32,000 bases of DNA, from positions 450,001-482,000 of the forward strand of contig NZ_BCZP01000001.1 in the NCBI RefSeq assembly GCF_001598795.1, in the 5' to 3' direction. The stretch comes from Delftia acidovorans NBRC 14950. GTDB taxonomy: Bacteria; Pseudomonadota; Gammaproteobacteria; Burkholderiales; Burkholderiaceae_C. Under the pieces are notes generated by a model that did not search any database, was not told where the DNA came from, and saw nothing but the letters and a program-made list of their open reading frames with translations. How positions within the stretch are numbered: position 1 is the first letter of the stretch; each line of letters starts with the position of its first letter. Positions 29,765-32,000 of the stretch are shown piece by piece. The translations under genes were made by a program, and so were the position numbers.

Positions 29765-30589
29765 ATGGCCAGGCCATCCCGGCGCACGCGCCACCGCCCA
29801 TCCGCATCATGGACGCGCGTGATGCTGACGCAGGAAGACCGCATGCGCCGCCGCCTGCAGCAGCGCCACTGGCTGCGGCTGCATGCGGCACTGACGGGCG
29901 GGTTGAGCCTGGCCGGCATGTCGCTGTTGAGCCTGGGCCTGCTGCACGCGGGCATGCACAGCATGGCGCTGCGCTATGGCGTGGCCCTGGCCTGTGGCTA
30001 TCTGCTGTACCTGCTGCTGCTGCGCCTGTGGGCCGAATGCATGCTGCGCCGCGACTGGGAGGTGTCCGATGTTCCCGATGTGACGCCCGGCAGCAGCGGC
30101 TCTTCACCGGCCCGCACGCCGGAGGCTGGCGGATTCGACAGCGGGCAGGGCGGCTCGTATGGCGGCGGTGGCTCCAGCGGCAGCTGGGATGACGGCGGCG
30201 CCATGTCCGAGGCCGCTTCCTCGGCGTCGCAAGGCTTTGATGTGCCGGGCATCGATGGGCTGGATGAAGGCGCCGTCGTCCTGGTCCCCGTGCTGCTGGT
30301 GTTTGCGGCGCTGCTGGTCGCGGTCACGGGGGCAGGGTCGCTGCTGTGGCTGGTCTTTGGGGCCGACCTGTTCCTGGCCGTGGCGGTGGAGGTGGCCTTT
30401 GCGCTGCTGATGGCGCGCACGCTCTATGTGGTGGAGCGCGAGGGCTGGCTGCTGGCCGCGCTGCGCCTGAGCTGGAAGCCGGTGCTGGGCGCACTGGTGG
30501 CCGCCGTGGCGCTTGGCGCGCTGGCCGACTGGCTGTTTCCCCAGGCAGATACCCTGGTGCAGGTGCTGCGCGCGCTGAGAGGACACTGA
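29765..30589 (+). CDS. Hypothetical polytopic membrane protein, 274 aa, with a Gly/Ser/Asp-rich central loop
   Basis: GGGAGGA (29751-29757) then ATG 29765. High GC3. Hydrophobic spans LTGGLSLAGMSLLSLGLL, GVALACGYLLYLLLLRLW, VVLVPVLLVFAALLVAV, LFLAVAVEVAFALLMA and VLGALVAAVALGALADWLF. No family recognised. Confidence 0.65.
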   Translation: MARPSRRTRHRPSASWTRVMLTQEDRMRRRLQQRHWLRLHAALTGGLSLAGMSLLSLGLLHAGMHSMALRYGVALACGYLLYLLLLRLWAECMLRRDWEVSDVPDVTPGSSGSSPARTPEAGGFDSGQGGSYGGGGSSGSWDDGGAMSEAASSASQGFDVPGIDGLDEGAVVLVPVLLVFAALLVAVTGAGSLLWLVFGADLFLAVAVEVAFALLMARTLYVVEREGWLLAALRLSWKPVLGALVAAVALGALADWLFPQADTLVQVLRALRGH

Positions 30590-30635
30590 AAGGACCCTGA
30601 GAGGGCACTGAGCCGCTGCTGCCCCGCTCCTGCGG

Positions 30636-32000
30636 TCACAGCTGTCTTTTTGCCCCCGGCAGGCGCAGCTGCATGCGCAGGCCGCCCAGCGGCGAGCGGC
30701 TGGCCGCGATGCTGCCGCCATAGGTCTGCACCAGGTCACGCACGATATCCAGGCCCAGGCCTGCGCCGGGCCTGCGTTCGTCCAGGCGCTCGCCGCGCTC
30801 GAAGATGCGGCCAAGGTCGGCGTCTTCGATGCCGGGGCCGTCATCGTCCACCGTCAGCAGCAAGGGGCCGCCGGCCTGATCGTGCTCCAGGCCCTGGACT
30901 TCCAGGCTCACGGCCTGGGCCGCCCACTTGCCGGCGTTGTCCAGCAGGTTGCCCAGGATTTCCATCAGGTCCTGGCCATCGCCCAGAAAGTCCCAAGGCT
31001 GCGCATCGCCCTTCAGCGCGAAGCGGATGCCGCGGCCGGCGTGCAGCCGCTCCATGGTGCGCACCAGTGAGGCCAGCGGCGGCTCCAGGGGCGTGCGCAG
31101 GCCTGTGGCCTGGCGGGCCGCAGCGCGGGCGCGTGCCAGATGGTGGTCCACCTGGCGGCTGGCGCTGGCGACCTGCTCTCGGACCAGTTCGGCCAGCGCC
31201 CCGCCTTCCTGCGCGGCGGCATTGCCGAGGATGGACAGCGGCGTGTTCACCGCATGGGCCAGGTTGCCGGCCTGCGTGCGCGCGCGCTGCACCATGTCGG
31301 CGTTCACATCCAGCACATGGTTGAATTCCTGCACCAGGGGGCGCAGTTCCTGCGGGAACCGGCCTTCGAGGCGCGGCGTTGCCCCCTTGCGCACGTCGGA
31401 CAGGCCTTTGCGCAGCAGCTGCAGCGGCCGCAGCGCCAGGCGCAGCTGCAGCACCACGGCCAGCACCAGCCCGGCCGCCAGCGTGCCCAGTGCGGCGATC
31501 AGCATGGTGGTGAAGCGCTGCATGGGCTCGGCCAGCAGGGCGCTGTCGGCCGCAACGATCAGGCGCAGCGGCGGCGCGTCGGCTTCGGGCAATTGCAGAG
31601 GGCGTGCCACGGCCACGAGCTGGTGGCCCTGGCCATCGGGCAGCATGCCGGTGTTCAGCGCCGTGTCCTCGTGGTGCTCATCCGGGCGGCCGGCATCGGC
31701 GCGGAACTGGTGCCAGTCCAGCGTCTGGTCCCACAGCGAACGAGAGCGCAGCAAGCCGGCCTTCTCGGGCGGACCCGCGCCATCGCTCACCTGGTCGATC
31801 TGCCAGTACAGGCCCGACAGCGGCTGCGCCAGACGCGGATCGCCCACGGCCAGTCCGACTTCGATGCGCCCTCCGGGCAGGCTGTTGACGGCTGCGCTGA
31901 GCTGGTCGAGCTGCAGCACCAACTGCGCCTGCAACTGCTGCGCGATGTGGTCGCGGAACAGGCCGCGCAGCCCCCAGCCAGCCAGCAGCACGGCCGCCAG
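30636..32000 (-). CDS. Two-component sensor histidine kinase, PhoQ/EnvZ-like (N-terminus runs off the window)
   Basis: H-box NLAHAVNTPLSIL, N-box GNLLDNAGKWA, G1 DDDGPGI, G2 GAGLGLDIV. A TM plus HAMP-like segment precedes the H-box. The frame is still open at 32000 (LAAVLLAGWGL looks like TM1). Confidence 0.85.
   Translation of the reverse strand: MAAVLLAGWGLRGLFRDHIAQQLQAQLVLQLDQLSAAVNSLPGGRIEVGLAVGDPRLAQPLSGLYWQIDQVSDGAGPPEKAGLLRSRSLWDQTLDWHQFRADAGRPDEHHEDTALNTGMLPDGQGHQLVAVARPLQLPEADAPPLRLIVAADSALLAEPMQRFTTMLIAALGTLAAGLVLAVVLQLRLALRPLQLLRKGLSDVRKGATPRLEGRFPQELRPLVQEFNHVLDVNADMVQRARTQAGNLAHAVNTPLSILGNAAAQEGGALAELVREQVASASRQVDHHLARARAAARQATGLRTPLEPPLASLVRTMERLHAGRGIRFALKGDAQPWDFLGDGQDLMEILGNLLDNAGKWAAQAVSLEVQGLEHDQAGGPLLLTVDDDGPGIEDADLGRIFERGERLDERRPGAGLGLDIVRDLVQTYGGSIAASRSPLGGLRMQLRLPGAKRQL

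Overview
High-GC (about two-thirds G+C by eye), gene-dense chromosomal segment. It looks like core genome of a betaproteobacterium, probably Comamonadaceae-like. That placement is an inference from two orphan Bug/TctC solute-binding genes, the pyrG-kdsA-DUF1330-eno-ftsB gene order and GC3-rich codon usage. I can support 30 protein-coding genes, two of them cut by the window edges.

Most genes are housekeeping: amiC-tsaE/queG, xerD, hslO, ftsB, eno, kdsA, pyrG, coaBC, dut. The rest are:
- a Cache-PAS-GGDEF diguanylate cyclase;
- an AraC / ureohydrolase / Na-solute symporter / LysR catabolic cassette;
- an AEC transporter;
- a tandem pair of EAL-HDOD paralogues;
- a DUF455 ferritin-like gene divergent from a gamma-carbonic-anhydrase-like gene;
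- three proteins I cannot place in any family: a 165-aa soluble protein and 181-aa and 274-aa membrane proteins.

Several clean rho-independent terminators and two short in-frame tandem repeats are visible. I found no rRNA, tRNA, CRISPR array, IS/transposon, prophage remnant, toxin-antitoxin pair or recognisable defence gene. The only recombinase is housekeeping xerD.

I do not see a convincing novel multi-gene system. The best follow-up candidates are:
1. the duplicated EAL-HDOD pair, whose EAL domains lack the DD metal ligands, so they may be c-di-GMP receptors rather than phosphodiesterases;
2. the unplaced membrane proteins inserted around dut in the otherwise conserved coaBC-dut unit;
3. 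the codon-atypical 165-aa orphan with a C-terminal CxxCx4C motif.

All family calls rest on motif recognition by eye. No database search was run.
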